Part shown: piece after piece, positions 8,879 through 18,975 of the stretch | Layout of the letters: every line of letters begins with the position of its first letter | Position numbering within the stretch: position 1 is the stretch's first letter | From: a virus | Virus record (IMG/VR): IMGVR_UViG_3300020442_003949 | Span: 27,013-91,012 of that record | DNA length: 64,000 nucleotides | Reading direction: 5' to 3' (one strand) | Notes under the pieces: model-generated | Seen by the model: the letters and a program-made list of their open reading frames with translations, nothing else | The model's database searches: none | Told to the model about the DNA's origin: nothing | Translations under genes and position numbers: made by a program

Positions 8879-10517
8879 ATTTTTCTCTTAACCAATCAAA
8901 GTCATTTATAAGCTTCAATGCAGCTAAATTGTCTTTATTTTCATAACCATAATTTCTTCCTGCATTTGCTCCTAATATAGCAAATTGACCATATAACTTA
9001 TCTGCACCAACTGTACACCATACATCTAATCTTTCTTCTGTTTCTTTAGACTTTTGTCTATCAATAATCTTAGATGCTAATTTACAACATTCTCTAAAAG
9101 CAGATTTCCAAGTTGAAAACTCATCAACATTAAATGCAGTTATATTAGAAACTTGTGGAATTGATTTAAATTTATCTGTTATACTAGTTGTCATGTCAGG
9201 TTTGGATATATCCATATTGATTGTTAGTTGCCGAGGAAATAACTTTATTCCACCATATCCGTACACTAAATCATTGATTGGATTTTTTGACCTCCACACA
9301 TGAACAGTCTCTCTATCCCAAGTGTCTACAAACAATTCAAAATTAAAATCATCCATTAAAATAGCATCTGCATCTACAATCCATACCATTTCAGATGTAG
9401 ATTGCTTTGCTGCCTGTATATGTGCTTGATGGATACCTTTTACACCATGAACACGAGTAGCATGAGGTGCTTTCTTGAGTAATTCTTTATAATGCTCATC
9501 TGCATTTACCTCGTCGTAGCTTATAAACACAACATCATATGGTTTATGCTTACTAGCAATAATATTCCATTCTTTTTTATAAACTATATGCCTATGCTCT
9601 AACTCTCTACGACTTATAGGATGATATTTAGAAAACAAGAACACGCCATTATACTTTTCGTCGTCATTACATATATTCTTAAAGGCATGATTTTCTTTTC
9701 TTTCATACTCAAATTCTTTACCTCTATAAGTATAAAATATATCAAAGTTAAAATCTAATAACTCTATACTATTACTTGTGCCAAAAAACATTTCTGTATT
9801 ACAAGTATTTAGAGCATGTTCATACTCTTCGTATGTATCAATTGTAAATATTGGATATTTACTTGCTCTTGTTGCTACAGTTTCATATTCTTTTTTATGA
9901 ACAAGATGCCTGTATTCTATTTCTTTTTTTGAAACAGGTTTATGTTTAGAAAATAGATATAACCCATCATATTTTAATTCGCCACATACATCATTTAACC
10001 AGGCATGATTTTCTTGCCTATTATATTCTTCTGCTTTACTTACTCTAAAATAAACATTAGGCATATCAATTATATCAACCATAGAAGAAATACCATAAAA
10101 CATTTCTGTTTTGGAACTTGCTAATGCCTGTTCATACTGCTCCATTGTATCAATGATAAAAATCTCATAAGGTTTAGGAGTACTAGCAATAATTGGTACT
10201 TCTTTTTTTCTGACATAAAACCTATAATCAACTTCATTTTTTGATAAAGGATAAGTTTTTGGTAGTAATGCTATACCATCGTAACAATCTCCATTTAAGA
10301 AAGTATGAGGATATTCTTGAGAAAAATTATCGGGAATATAATCAAACAAAAAGGAATTGTCAACTATAACATCAGGATACACTGTATAAAAAAATTTAGT
10401 AGTTGTCTTTTCCTGCGCTGAAAATACTGAAGTAGCAAATTTTAATGTAAAAAACTTTTCTCTTAAATTTTTATACGTTTCATCTTTTGAATCGTTGATA
10501 TAAAAAATATCATACAT
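8859..10517 (-). CDS. Glycosyltransferase (GT-A/GT2-like) with repeated N-terminal domains
   Basis: C-terminal YDVVFISYDE...RVHGVKGIHQAH...WIVDADA (DxD)...YGYGGIKLFP; about three ~100-aa N-terminal repeats. Confidence 0.65.
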   Translation of the reverse strand: MYDIFYINDSKDETYKNLREKFFTLKFATSVFSAQEKTTTKFFYTVYPDVIVDNSFLFDYIPDNFSQEYPHTFLNGDCYDGIALLPKTYPLSKNEVDYRFYVRKKEVPIIASTPKPYEIFIIDTMEQYEQALASSKTEMFYGISSMVDIIDMPNVYFRVSKAEEYNRQENHAWLNDVCGELKYDGLYLFSKHKPVSKKEIEYRHLVHKKEYETVATRASKYPIFTIDTYEEYEHALNTCNTEMFFGTSNSIELLDFNFDIFYTYRGKEFEYERKENHAFKNICNDDEKYNGVFLFSKYHPISRRELEHRHIVYKKEWNIIASKHKPYDVVFISYDEVNADEHYKELLKKAPHATRVHGVKGIHQAHIQAAKQSTSEMVWIVDADAILMDDFNFELFVDTWDRETVHVWRSKNPINDLVYGYGGIKLFPRQLTINMDISKPDMTTSITDKFKSIPQVSNITAFNVDEFSTWKSAFRECCKLASKIIDRQKSKETEERLDVWCTVGADKLYGQFAILGANAGRNYGYENKDNLAALKLINDFDWLREKYESSII

Positions 10518-11733
10518 TTCTAGTATTGCCGTAATGAATTACAATATAATTAGGATCATTAAATTTACGCCACGGATCAACAACAATAGAACCTACTGGT
10601 ATATTGCAGTATAAAGAATCATGTTGTTCTTGATTCATATACGAATAGGTAGTAGTAGCTGAATGAGCAAGCAAAACTACACAAGGTGAAGTAGGAACAA
10701 AATTGTCGCCTGTTTGAGGATCAATGTATTGTGGTGTAATACCGTATTCTTCGCAATAATGGCCAATTAATATAGAGTAACTTCCTTCTTCGTACGGCAC
10801 GTTAGGTTTATATGCTTTACCATGAATTAAAATAGGAAATCCGGATTTTTTTGATTCCTGCACTAATTTGCCAGCTAAATTCTTTGCTTGTATTTCTCTA
10901 GCTGTCATTATAGCATCAAACAAATCATACCCTAGCCCTAAATCGTCAGCCATGTATCGTAACGCAATATTATCTCTAGGATGACAAGCTCCGCCGTCGC
11001 CCATGCCTGCTTTCATATATTGCGGACCCATTATACGCCAGGTAGATTTAGCTAAAGCATCTGTTACAATATCAACATTTATATTTCCTTGTATTTCTGC
11101 TACATCTTGAATCATATTCACTAGAGATAATTTTGCTGAAATAAAAGTATTGTAAAATACTTTTATACATTCGCATTCGTCCCAAGTGCCAACAATATAA
11201 CGTGGCTCATTCTGCATTATAGTCTTATAAAATTCAACTAATTTTTTTGCAGGACCTGTTTCTTTGCCGTCTTCGGTTCCTATCATTACCATTTCAGGAT
11301 TTACCATGTCCCACGCTACACTGCCCATAGCAATAAGATAAGGATTATACACAAATTCACAGTTTGTAACTAAAGGTGCTAACTCTCTGCGAACGGTTCC
11401 TGGCAAGACTGTTGATATTAGAACTAGGAGTTGAGATTTTTTCATATAATGATTTGCTTCTTTTAGCACAGATTTTGCTATATCATATGAAAAATCTTTT
11501 GGAGGTAAATCTACGATAGGTGTTTTGCCATCGTATCTTGTATCGTGTGGTGTAGGTACTGCTACAAATACAATATCTTTTCCTTCAACTACTTCTTTGA
11601 TTGATTCAACAACTTTGACGTTATTTGACTTAACAGATTGTACATCATAACCATCAACTTGATAACCATTTTTTGCTATTTCAGTAGCACAAGGCATACC
11701 TAATTTTCCTAAACCAATATATCCAATCTTCAT
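10510..11733 (-). CDS. ugd: UDP-glucose/GDP-mannose 6-dehydrogenase family protein
   Basis: IGLGKLG Rossmann motif, FVAVPTP, STVLPGT, YNP, catalytic K (IKVFYN) and C (GGACHPRD), AYKPN, DPWR. Confidence 0.9.
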   Translation of the reverse strand: MKIGYIGLGKLGMPCATEIAKNGYQVDGYDVQSVKSNNVKVVESIKEVVEGKDIVFVAVPTPHDTRYDGKTPIVDLPPKDFSYDIAKSVLKEANHYMKKSQLLVLISTVLPGTVRRELAPLVTNCEFVYNPYLIAMGSVAWDMVNPEMVMIGTEDGKETGPAKKLVEFYKTIMQNEPRYIVGTWDECECIKVFYNTFISAKLSLVNMIQDVAEIQGNINVDIVTDALAKSTWRIMGPQYMKAGMGDGGACHPRDNIALRYMADDLGLGYDLFDAIMTAREIQAKNLAGKLVQESKKSGFPILIHGKAYKPNVPYEEGSYSILIGHYCEEYGITPQYIDPQTGDNFVPTSPCVVLLAHSATTTYSYMNQEQHDSLYCNIPVGSIVVDPWRKFNDPNYIVIHYGNTRNV

Positions 11734-11734
11734 C

Positions 11735-13024
11735 TTATTCCTTATTAAAAAAGTCTAGTAAAATTGGTATTAAATCTGTCTGATAATACCAATTTTCAAC
11801 ATTCTTTACCGTATATAAATTATGTAATAAATCTGGTAGCATTTCATATAAAATTGATACCCATTGATTATCTGGTATACCATACAACCTGTCAAATTCT
11901 TTTAAAACCTTCCTAAGCCTTTGATGATTGTCATCTATTTCATCATAACTGTGATCTATCCATTTATCAAACATTCTATATCCATAACTTCTTAATGCAG
12001 CTACATTACCTTTTGGACCAGCAACAATAAAAGGCTGTAGCATTCCAAAAGGTTTAAATGACTTTTCTGTTATAAATGGAACTTCTACCCTATCTTCCCA
12101 TGTTTCACTCACTAATTGAAAATAACTTTTTAAAGTATGTATCCAACCCACTCTATCAGCTAAATTGATATCTAAATCTAAATTGTTGTGATTTTTACTC
12201 ATATCATTTGCTTCAATTATTTTACAATGAATATCTCCAATTTTATGTAATTGTTCAAATTCTTTTTTATATTCGGAAAAATCCTCTGCCCAAGAATAAT
12301 TTCTTAATTGTTCTGCATCACAAGGAGCACATTCGGTAAATCTACCTAAACTATATAATGCTCTATCATATCTATGATGCATTTGATGAGCTACTATTAC
12401 AACTCTAGCCTTTCTAGGCCTCCTATTATAATTTAATGATTTATACGGAACACGTTCTTTTCTTATAATAGAATGAATTTTTTCTTGCTGATTTTTATTT
12501 GATATCGGATCATCCCATTGTATAAACCTTTCTAAATGTCTACCAGCAACTATATTATAAGCATTTTTAGTTCCTAGCTTACCTTTATACTCGCCTACTG
12601 CATGTGCTCCTGTTATTATAGTAATATTACTAGGTACAGTAAATAAAGCATTACAAAAATTCCCTATATGTGGATCTGCATAACCATCAAATGCGTTACA
12701 TTCTGTGTCATCACATATTAGCCAGTGTACTAAACCATTTTCACTGTCTTCTTTTATCCGTTTTGACATAGGAAAAACACCTGGATTATAATCCAGGGAT
12801 TGCCAATCACCGAAAATGAAATCTAATTCACGGCGAGCATGAGAAAAAATAACATACTTGCTGCCAACAGGTAAGTCAAAAATTGTTTTATAAGTGTATA
12901 AACTTAATTTATCATAACTCTCTTTAAACATGCTTAGTGTACATATGGGTTTCACATCATTTCGAGGTATACCTACAAAAAGTTCTTTTCCTATTTTTGT
13001 AATTAGAAAAACAATTTCTGTCAT
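11735..13024 (-). CDS. Putative glycosyltransferase (GT-B, GT10-like 'EK' motif)
   Basis: LNYNRRPR, LVSET...FITEKSFKPF...QPFIVAG...LRSYGY..F...IDHSYD. Confidence 0.5.
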   Translation of the reverse strand: MTEIVFLITKIGKELFVGIPRNDVKPICTLSMFKESYDKLSLYTYKTIFDLPVGSKYVIFSHARRELDFIFGDWQSLDYNPGVFPMSKRIKEDSENGLVHWLICDDTECNAFDGYADPHIGNFCNALFTVPSNITIITGAHAVGEYKGKLGTKNAYNIVAGRHLERFIQWDDPISNKNQQEKIHSIIRKERVPYKSLNYNRRPRKARVVIVAHQMHHRYDRALYSLGRFTECAPCDAEQLRNYSWAEDFSEYKKEFEQLHKIGDIHCKIIEANDMSKNHNNLDLDINLADRVGWIHTLKSYFQLVSETWEDRVEVPFITEKSFKPFGMLQPFIVAGPKGNVAALRSYGYRMFDKWIDHSYDEIDDNHQRLRKVLKEFDRLYGIPDNQWVSILYEMLPDLLHNLYTVKNVENWYYQTDLIPILLDFFNKE

Positions 13025-14427
13025 TTTTTATTATCCCAATAAAAATCATACATTTCAGGAAAAGTTTGTAAAAAATTTGTATCTCTACGCCTATCATGCT
13101 CATCTACAAAAATTATAAAATCTTTCCTGTGTTGTTGTAAATCAACACTGTCAAAATTATTATCTTTAAATATATCAACAATCCTTTGAAATTTTGCAAG
13201 TTCCCATGAATAGAAACCGTAATTTTCTTTTCCTCTTATATTTCTATACTCAAGATTATTTTGCATAAAATCTCTATATTTCGTAAAATGCTCTGACCAA
13301 TTTTTGTATCCTATGAATATAGACTGATGTTTTGGCCAACGTAAGTAAGGTGTATCTAATATAATTGGAATTGCTTTATTTGTTCCACCAAATTCTAATT
13401 TAAGTTCTAAAATATCTTTCAAAAATTTATCAAAAGAAAATATGCTTAAAACATTGAACGTGCTTGTGCATGTAAATGTACAATTTGGAACTTCTATTAG
13501 TATTCTTCTAATATTATGTAACCATTTATTGTAATCTAGTCCATATCTAATATAATTTGCTTGATCGCCGTATGCTTCTGCACTTGTAAAAATTTTTAAT
13601 TTTTTTACTTTCCTTTGCCCACCAATAATTTTTATTTTTTCTACAAATTTATTCATTATTTCATCTGTAGGACAAAGATTACTATTGATAGAAAATTCTA
13701 AATCAGGCCTTGGATTCAAAATTAAATCATCAAGAATTTTAAATGTATCTTTTGTTAAAAGAGGTTCTCCTCCTGTAATCCTGAAATGCTTTAGATCGTT
13801 TGCTAATGTAGGCCACCATTTCCAAAAAGCTTCTACGTAAGGATTATGTTCTTTATTAGGAATAGGCATGTGATCATGCCTTTTTAACCAACTTAAATCA
13901 TGCAAATTTGAACTAGTAGGATAAGGCCCATATTCATTTATTTCTTCCATCCATTTACTACTTACTTGCGGAGAACAATAACTACATTTAAAATTACAAA
14001 CACTACTAAAACTAACTTCTAAATAAGATGGATTTACATTCTTTTTCCAATGAGAATTTATAATGTCATTTACATAAGGTTGTGCCCACCATTCGTAAGA
14101 CTTAAACATTCTATCACTTAATATAGAATCATTATTGTCCTCTACTTTCCAACAATAATCGCACTCACTAGGCCTTTTACCTTCTAACATTTCTTTTCTT
14201 GCAAGTTTTTTCCAATAAGTGTTATGCAATGCACTTGGGTGATGATTAACTTCGTCTAATGGTATTTTATGCGGTTCAGGATGATGACAACTGTGAGTTA
14301 ATCCATTATGTAAATGTAATGTTACTTGCTTCCATTTTGCTGTACAAAAAGTAGGAGATATATTATCTAAAACCGATTCTTTATAATTTTTTACTTTCTG
14401 CAAAAAATTGTTTTCTTCAATACTCAT
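13021..14427 (-). CDS. Radical SAM protein with N-terminal twitch/SPASM-like domain
   Basis: CNFKCSYC, TGGEP, NSN; N-terminal FCTAKW...SCHH...ECDYCW. Confidence 0.92.
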   Translation of the reverse strand: MSIEENNFLQKVKNYKESVLDNISPTFCTAKWKQVTLHLHNGLTHSCHHPEPHKIPLDEVNHHPSALHNTYWKKLARKEMLEGKRPSECDYCWKVEDNNDSILSDRMFKSYEWWAQPYVNDIINSHWKKNVNPSYLEVSFSSVCNFKCSYCSPQVSSKWMEEINEYGPYPTSSNLHDLSWLKRHDHMPIPNKEHNPYVEAFWKWWPTLANDLKHFRITGGEPLLTKDTFKILDDLILNPRPDLEFSINSNLCPTDEIMNKFVEKIKIIGGQRKVKKLKIFTSAEAYGDQANYIRYGLDYNKWLHNIRRILIEVPNCTFTCTSTFNVLSIFSFDKFLKDILELKLEFGGTNKAIPIILDTPYLRWPKHQSIFIGYKNWSEHFTKYRDFMQNNLEYRNIRGKENYGFYSWELAKFQRIVDIFKDNNFDSVDLQQHRKDFIIFVDEHDRRRDTNFLQTFPEMYDFYWDNKK

Positions 14428-15347
14428 TCTGGATCAATTACTTTCTTAGATATCCGTGTAGGATTCATATAAACTGTTTTAAAAAATTTACTTTGCTTAA
14501 AATTTAACGGCTCTCTCGCAATTGGAAGATTCAACTGTTTAATTAACTGTTCCCCAGTAATATGTATTTGATTTTCAAGTTGAGCTAATGAAAATTTTTC
14601 ATATTCTGTAAACCATAAATTGTTCAAATATTGAAAATCTCTTACATTTACGTAATTCCAATTAGAACACATAGTTTTAAACAGACCTTCTCTAGCGCCC
14701 ATAATAGCCCAATTACCATTTTCAACATCTGCACCAATCATCAACCATATATATAGTCTGTGTAAATTTTTCCAGTGATTTTCTTTAAACTGATCTAATG
14801 TAGGTTTAACACCTTGATCAAGTGCCATTTTTACGCCTTCGCGAAATCCTGCTCGCCAAGCTTGATGTGGAGTTGCATTATTATATATATCAGAAAAACA
14901 AGAATTCATCTGTATATATTCTACATCCCAACAAAAATCTACTTGAGCATGTGGATTATCTTTATCTGCATTCTCATGAGTTTTCATATTTAAAACAAAT
15001 TCTTTAGGCCAACATTTTACTCCACCATTACCATACATAAGTCCATTTATTACATTATAGCCGCACCATGAAATAACTTTATTTTCTAATTCTATATGTT
15101 CTTCAAAATCAATTTCCTGCGTTAAAAAATGTTCTCTTATACGATTATCACCATCAATTGTTACAAATCTATCTGTTTCAGATAGATTTGCACAGGCCTT
15201 GTGCGCTGAATCAGAACCTTCTACACCATGCACTCGTTTTGCCCAAGGAATTTTTTTGCACAAATCAGCGTAATTTTGTTCTGCGTTAGGCTCGTCATAA
15301 CTTAGAAAAATAACATCATAATCTAAAACTTTAAATTTAGTAGACAT
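14424..15347 (-). CDS. Glycosyltransferase (GT-A like; paralog of the C-terminal domain of 8859-10517)
   Basis: YDVIFLSYDE, RVHGVEGSDSAH, TIDGDN (DxD), YGNGGVKCWP, AWRAGFRE; start placed at ATG 15347. Confidence 0.65.
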   Translation of the reverse strand: MSTKFKVLDYDVIFLSYDEPNAEQNYADLCKKIPWAKRVHGVEGSDSAHKACANLSETDRFVTIDGDNRIREHFLTQEIDFEEHIELENKVISWCGYNVINGLMYGNGGVKCWPKEFVLNMKTHENADKDNPHAQVDFCWDVEYIQMNSCFSDIYNNATPHQAWRAGFREGVKMALDQGVKPTLDQFKENHWKNLHRLYIWLMIGADVENGNWAIMGAREGLFKTMCSNWNYVNVRDFQYLNNLWFTEYEKFSLAQLENQIHITGEQLIKQLNLPIAREPLNFKQSKFFKTVYMNPTRISKKVIDPE

Positions 15348-15900
15348 ACCCGACTCTTTCATAATTGTAATCAAAAATTTTATTTGTATAAATGCTAATC
15401 AAACTACCTTCTTTGTTATGTTCAAATTCTTCAGAAAAATCTATAATGAAATAATGTTTTTTTATTAGTTGTTCTAAGTCAACTTGTAATTGTTTATAAA
15501 GAATATTTGGATTATTAAATTCCGTTACACTAAAAAATAGTTGGAAATTATCTAAAGCAATATTTGTTTTACACTCTACTTCTAATTGATCATTAATCAG
15601 GAATTTCCAACATACTTCATCACAACTTTGAATTATTGTAATTCCAGATCTATCAATATTTTGTGGAATTTGGTAAAGAATTTGATTTATATTTTTAGAG
15701 AAAACATCTATTTCATTTTTCTTTTTAAATTCATATATATTTTTTGTTTCATTAAATTCTACAAAAAATTTGTTTGATGATTCTTTTCCTTCATGAATTA
15801 ATTTTACATCTTCTATATCTACCTCAACAAAATTCTCCAAAGGCTGAATATTAGTAATAGAAAGAATTTTTCCATTGTCTGGATTAAATTTTACAAACAT
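15337..15900 (-). CDS. Hypothetical protein
   Basis: 187-aa ORF tightly packed in the operon. Confidence 0.7.
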   Translation of the reverse strand: MFVKFNPDNGKILSITNIQPLENFVEVDIEDVKLIHEGKESSNKFFVEFNETKNIYEFKKKNEIDVFSKNINQILYQIPQNIDRSGITIIQSCDEVCWKFLINDQLEVECKTNIALDNFQLFFSVTEFNNPNILYKQLQVDLEQLIKKHYFIIDFSEEFEHNKEGSLISIYTNKIFDYNYERVGYVY

Positions 15901-15902
15901 TA

Positions 15903-16727
15903 TTATATTCCTAAATACTTTTCATACGTACTTACAATACTTTCAGTTGCAAAATCATTATTTACATAATGGAATATTCCATCTTGCAAATAATTACCAA
16001 TATACAATTTCAAGTCATTTGTAAGATATACTGGAACTTTATCTTGCCAATTATCTTTAACTGATTGCCAATCTTGAACATAGGGTTTCATATGAACAAA
16101 TTTTAAAAAATCTACTTTTCTATTTGTTATTTCCGTATCATTATTTAGAATTTTACTTGCAATTGCACAAGTTAAATCCATACTAGGTTGCTTTGGATAA
16201 AATTCTTTACAATATTGACCATAAAAAAGTTCCCAATTTTTTGAAATTAATTCTACCCAAGTAAAAAAATCTTGCGAAGACGGACTTTTCTTAAAATAAT
16301 GCAAACCGTTATATAAATTAGGTAAATTATTATATGTAAATGATTTCCTATAATAATCATTAGTGATTAATGTAGATCTATAAGTAAAAACCTTAGATAA
16401 GTAAAATAAATTATAATTTTGAAAAAAATTCCACCACGCATCTAACTGATTTAAAACTAAAATATCAGTATCTAATACAATTGTTTCGTCATAAGGACTA
16501 TTGTGATAAATTTTCCATCTATTAAGCACATCATATCTTGAATTATCATGCTCTATCCAAGAAGGTTTTATTACAAAATCAAAAATGCTTTTATATTTTT
16601 TTGGAACTCTTGAATTAGTGATTATTGATATTGGAATTTCTGAATTAATCTTTAAACTAACAGCAGCCAAGCAAGCCTGTTTGACATAAGAATTACCTTT
16701 AGCATAAAATACATATCCTTTAGACAT
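15903..16727 (-). CDS. Glycosyltransferase (GT-A, GT8-like)
   Basis: SPYDETIVLDTD (DxD), NGLHYFKKS, FVHMKP; ATG 16727 with AAGGA RBS. Confidence 0.65.
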   Translation of the reverse strand: MSKGYVFYAKGNSYVKQACLAAVSLKINSEIPISIITNSRVPKKYKSIFDFVIKPSWIEHDNSRYDVLNRWKIYHNSPYDETIVLDTDILVLNQLDAWWNFFQNYNLFYLSKVFTYRSTLITNDYYRKSFTYNNLPNLYNGLHYFKKSPSSQDFFTWVELISKNWELFYGQYCKEFYPKQPSMDLTCAIASKILNNDTEITNRKVDFLKFVHMKPYVQDWQSVKDNWQDKVPVYLTNDLKLYIGNYLQDGIFHYVNNDFATESIVSTYEKYLGI

Positions 16728-17622
16728 TTTTAAATTCCTTATCAATGCATCTATTTAAACTAAACTTATTCATTACATGAACTGATAAACCATTTGTAAC
16801 TGCTAGTGTATATTCTCCTAAATAATCTTCTTTTTCTAACAAGAATGTTATTTTTTGGTCTTTAATATTGTAACAGATATCTTTATCTGTAGTATAGTAT
16901 AACCTTCCTGGCATAGATTTTGCGAAATCACCTTCTGTATAACCATTCATAATATGAATAGCAATACTAAATGCATGATCATTTCTAAAATAAGATTGAT
17001 TAATTTGGAAAATTGATCTATAATGATTCCAGTTTTCTTGTATGTGTTGAACTAAATCAAAAAATATTCTATTTTCTTTAGATTTCCGAAAAAATACTAC
17101 AGTAGCCCAATAAAATTTAACTCCTATGTCATTTATATACGTAAATTCATTAGATTTTCTGAATAAAGTTAAATCACATGCATCATGATAAATTAAAAAA
17201 TTATTATTTTGCTGAAAACACTGTAAATATTGATCATTACATAAAACAATATCTGTGTCTAATAATAATGTTTCATCATACGGAGAAATATCATAAGCTT
17301 TTGATCTTAATTGATTTTTAAATTGTAATTTAATTCTAGTTAGGGTGCCATCTCTATAATTTTTATAAAAATGATTTTCTGTTGTGCTTAATACCGTATT
17401 TTCATTATTATTTTTTTCCGACCAAACTACTTCTATAATATTATCAAAAACTTCCTCTGCATCTTGATATTGTTTTTTTAGATATTCTAAACTATCTGTA
17501 ACTACTGTTGTAGGTAAATTAAGGTAATATTTTACTTTTTTTGCAAGAAAATATGCCTGTTTTAAATAATCTATTTTTGCATTATTCCTTGCAAAAAGTA
17601 AAATGCCCGCAGATTTATTCAT
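16720..17622 (-). CDS. Glycosyltransferase (GT-A, GT8-like; paralog of the neighbouring gene)
   Basis: SPYDETLLLDTD, ATVVFFRKS, RNDHAFSIA, HVMNK. Confidence 0.65.
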   Translation of the reverse strand: MNKSAGILLFARNNAKIDYLKQAYFLAKKVKYYLNLPTTVVTDSLEYLKKQYQDAEEVFDNIIEVVWSEKNNNENTVLSTTENHFYKNYRDGTLTRIKLQFKNQLRSKAYDISPYDETLLLDTDIVLCNDQYLQCFQQNNNFLIYHDACDLTLFRKSNEFTYINDIGVKFYWATVVFFRKSKENRIFFDLVQHIQENWNHYRSIFQINQSYFRNDHAFSIAIHIMNGYTEGDFAKSMPGRLYYTTDKDICYNIKDQKITFLLEKEDYLGEYTLAVTNGLSVHVMNKFSLNRCIDKEFKNV

Positions 17623-17966
17623 AAATTAACTAAATTTTCTACAGTTCTTTGTTTTTTAATCTGACTATATTCAGTGAGATATTTATTTGTTGCTCGAAAG
17701 TAAACATCTAAGATATCTTTAAAAAAAGACTTTAGATCTTCTATATATATTGGTATATTGTTATCATCTACTAAAATTAATTCATCTTGATTATTACGAA
17801 TCATTATATCACAAAAAGAAATTAATTCTTTTGAAACTGTAAATTGACTACCATTTGTATAATATATAGAATTTTGAGCGAATTGCTCTTGAAATATTTT
17901 TGTTTGATTGTGAAGTGTAACCATGTAATTTGAAAAAGCTAATGCTTTCTCTAATTTTTCATCCAT
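17619..17966 (-). CDS. Hypothetical protein (first gene of the modification operon)
   Basis: 115-aa ORF with AGGAG RBS, downstream of TATAAATA. Confidence 0.8.
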   Translation of the reverse strand: MDEKLEKALAFSNYMVTLHNQTKIFQEQFAQNSIYYTNGSQFTVSKELISFCDIMIRNNQDELILVDDNNIPIYIEDLKSFFKDILDVYFRATNKYLTEYSQIKKQRTVENLVNL

Positions 17967-17987
17967 ACTTCTCCTATAAATGTATTT

Positions 17988-17995
17988 TATTTATA
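17988..17995 (-). promoter_or_regulatory. T4-type late promoter TATAAATA heading the enzyme cluster
   Basis: Exact TATAAATA in the intergenic gap, about 20 nt upstream of ATG 17966; gp55 is encoded in the window. Confidence 0.6.
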
Positions 17996-18025
17996 AAAGA
18001 GAAATAAAGATGAAAATAACATTGA

Positions 18026-18952
18026 TTAGAAATTACTGTTTGTAATATAAGAAGGCGACGACACTGAAACGTAAGAACCCGAAGCAATAAATTCATCTAC
18101 CGAACAAGTTATAGTACCTTGTACATTTTCATCTTGTGCAGCTCCTAAACCAGTCTGATCTCCAGTATCATTATCTTCTAATCTAACTTCAAATCCAAGC
18201 CTCCAAGCATCAATATTTTCCTTTACTCGCACATATATTGCATTTTCTGCATACACTGCAGCTCCGCCAGTCGAACTGTAAAGATTTGTATACGATGTAG
18301 TTAAGCCTGCATGTGTATTATAATTACAAACAACAGGGTCTGGTGCGTTAGTAACCATAGTTTGCCAGTCTAGAGTTTTTTGTTCAGATCCACTATATGA
18401 ATGCGACAAATTAATTCTTATTTCGCCGCCAGTATTGAAAAAATGTCGTCTTGCTGCAAGAGATCCAAAATCTACTGTAAAAATAAAATTTTTCGTTCCA
18501 TTCCAGCCTGCTGCTAATGAACTAGACCGGACTGATAAATTTGTTGTCATCTGTGAAGTATTCAAACTTACTGTAGGCAAACGATTAGTTTCTATCTGAT
18601 TTGTATAATACACATATTGATTATGTGTGTCATTTTCTGATCCATCTGCTGCTCCTGCAGTTATCCAATCTCCTACTGCAATATCTCCTAAATTAAATGC
18701 TGCTGTCGTTTGATGAATCCAGCATTTTTGAATATCAGTTCGTAAATCATCTAGTTGTTGTGCTGTAACAAAATCTCCAACTGAAGGTTGAGCAGGATAA
18801 TTACTTGCAACAACTTGTCCGCTTGTTACTGTTTGTCCATAGCCAAAACCGTCATTTGCAGTAGCTGTTCCTAATATTTGGGCTACTTTGCTTTGCATTG
18901 TATTGTAATCTGCAGCATTAATAGATCCGCCCTGTGATACTGTTGCTACCAT
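18026..18952 (-). CDS. Virion structural protein (tail/fibre-associated)
   Basis: Gly/Ser/Thr/Ala-rich, GYGQT and RHFFNTGGEIRI motifs; last gene of the tail-fibre block. Confidence 0.65.
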   Translation of the reverse strand: MVATVSQGGSINAADYNTMQSKVAQILGTATANDGFGYGQTVTSGQVVASNYPAQPSVGDFVTAQQLDDLRTDIQKCWIHQTTAAFNLGDIAVGDWITAGAADGSENDTHNQYVYYTNQIETNRLPTVSLNTSQMTTNLSVRSSSLAAGWNGTKNFIFTVDFGSLAARRHFFNTGGEIRINLSHSYSGSEQKTLDWQTMVTNAPDPVVCNYNTHAGLTTSYTNLYSSTGGAAVYAENAIYVRVKENIDAWRLGFEVRLEDNDTGDQTGLGAAQDENVQGTITCSVDEFIASGSYVSVSSPSYITNSNF

Positions 18953-18975
18953 TATCGCTCCTTAAATAATATACG

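Noticed and set aside
1-17966. Interpreting the enzyme cluster as a captured bacterial LPS/capsule island or host contamination
   Set aside because: It is contiguous and co-oriented with the fibre genes, starts at a phage late promoter, lacks wzx/wzy/ABC export genes and shows no mobile-element boundaries
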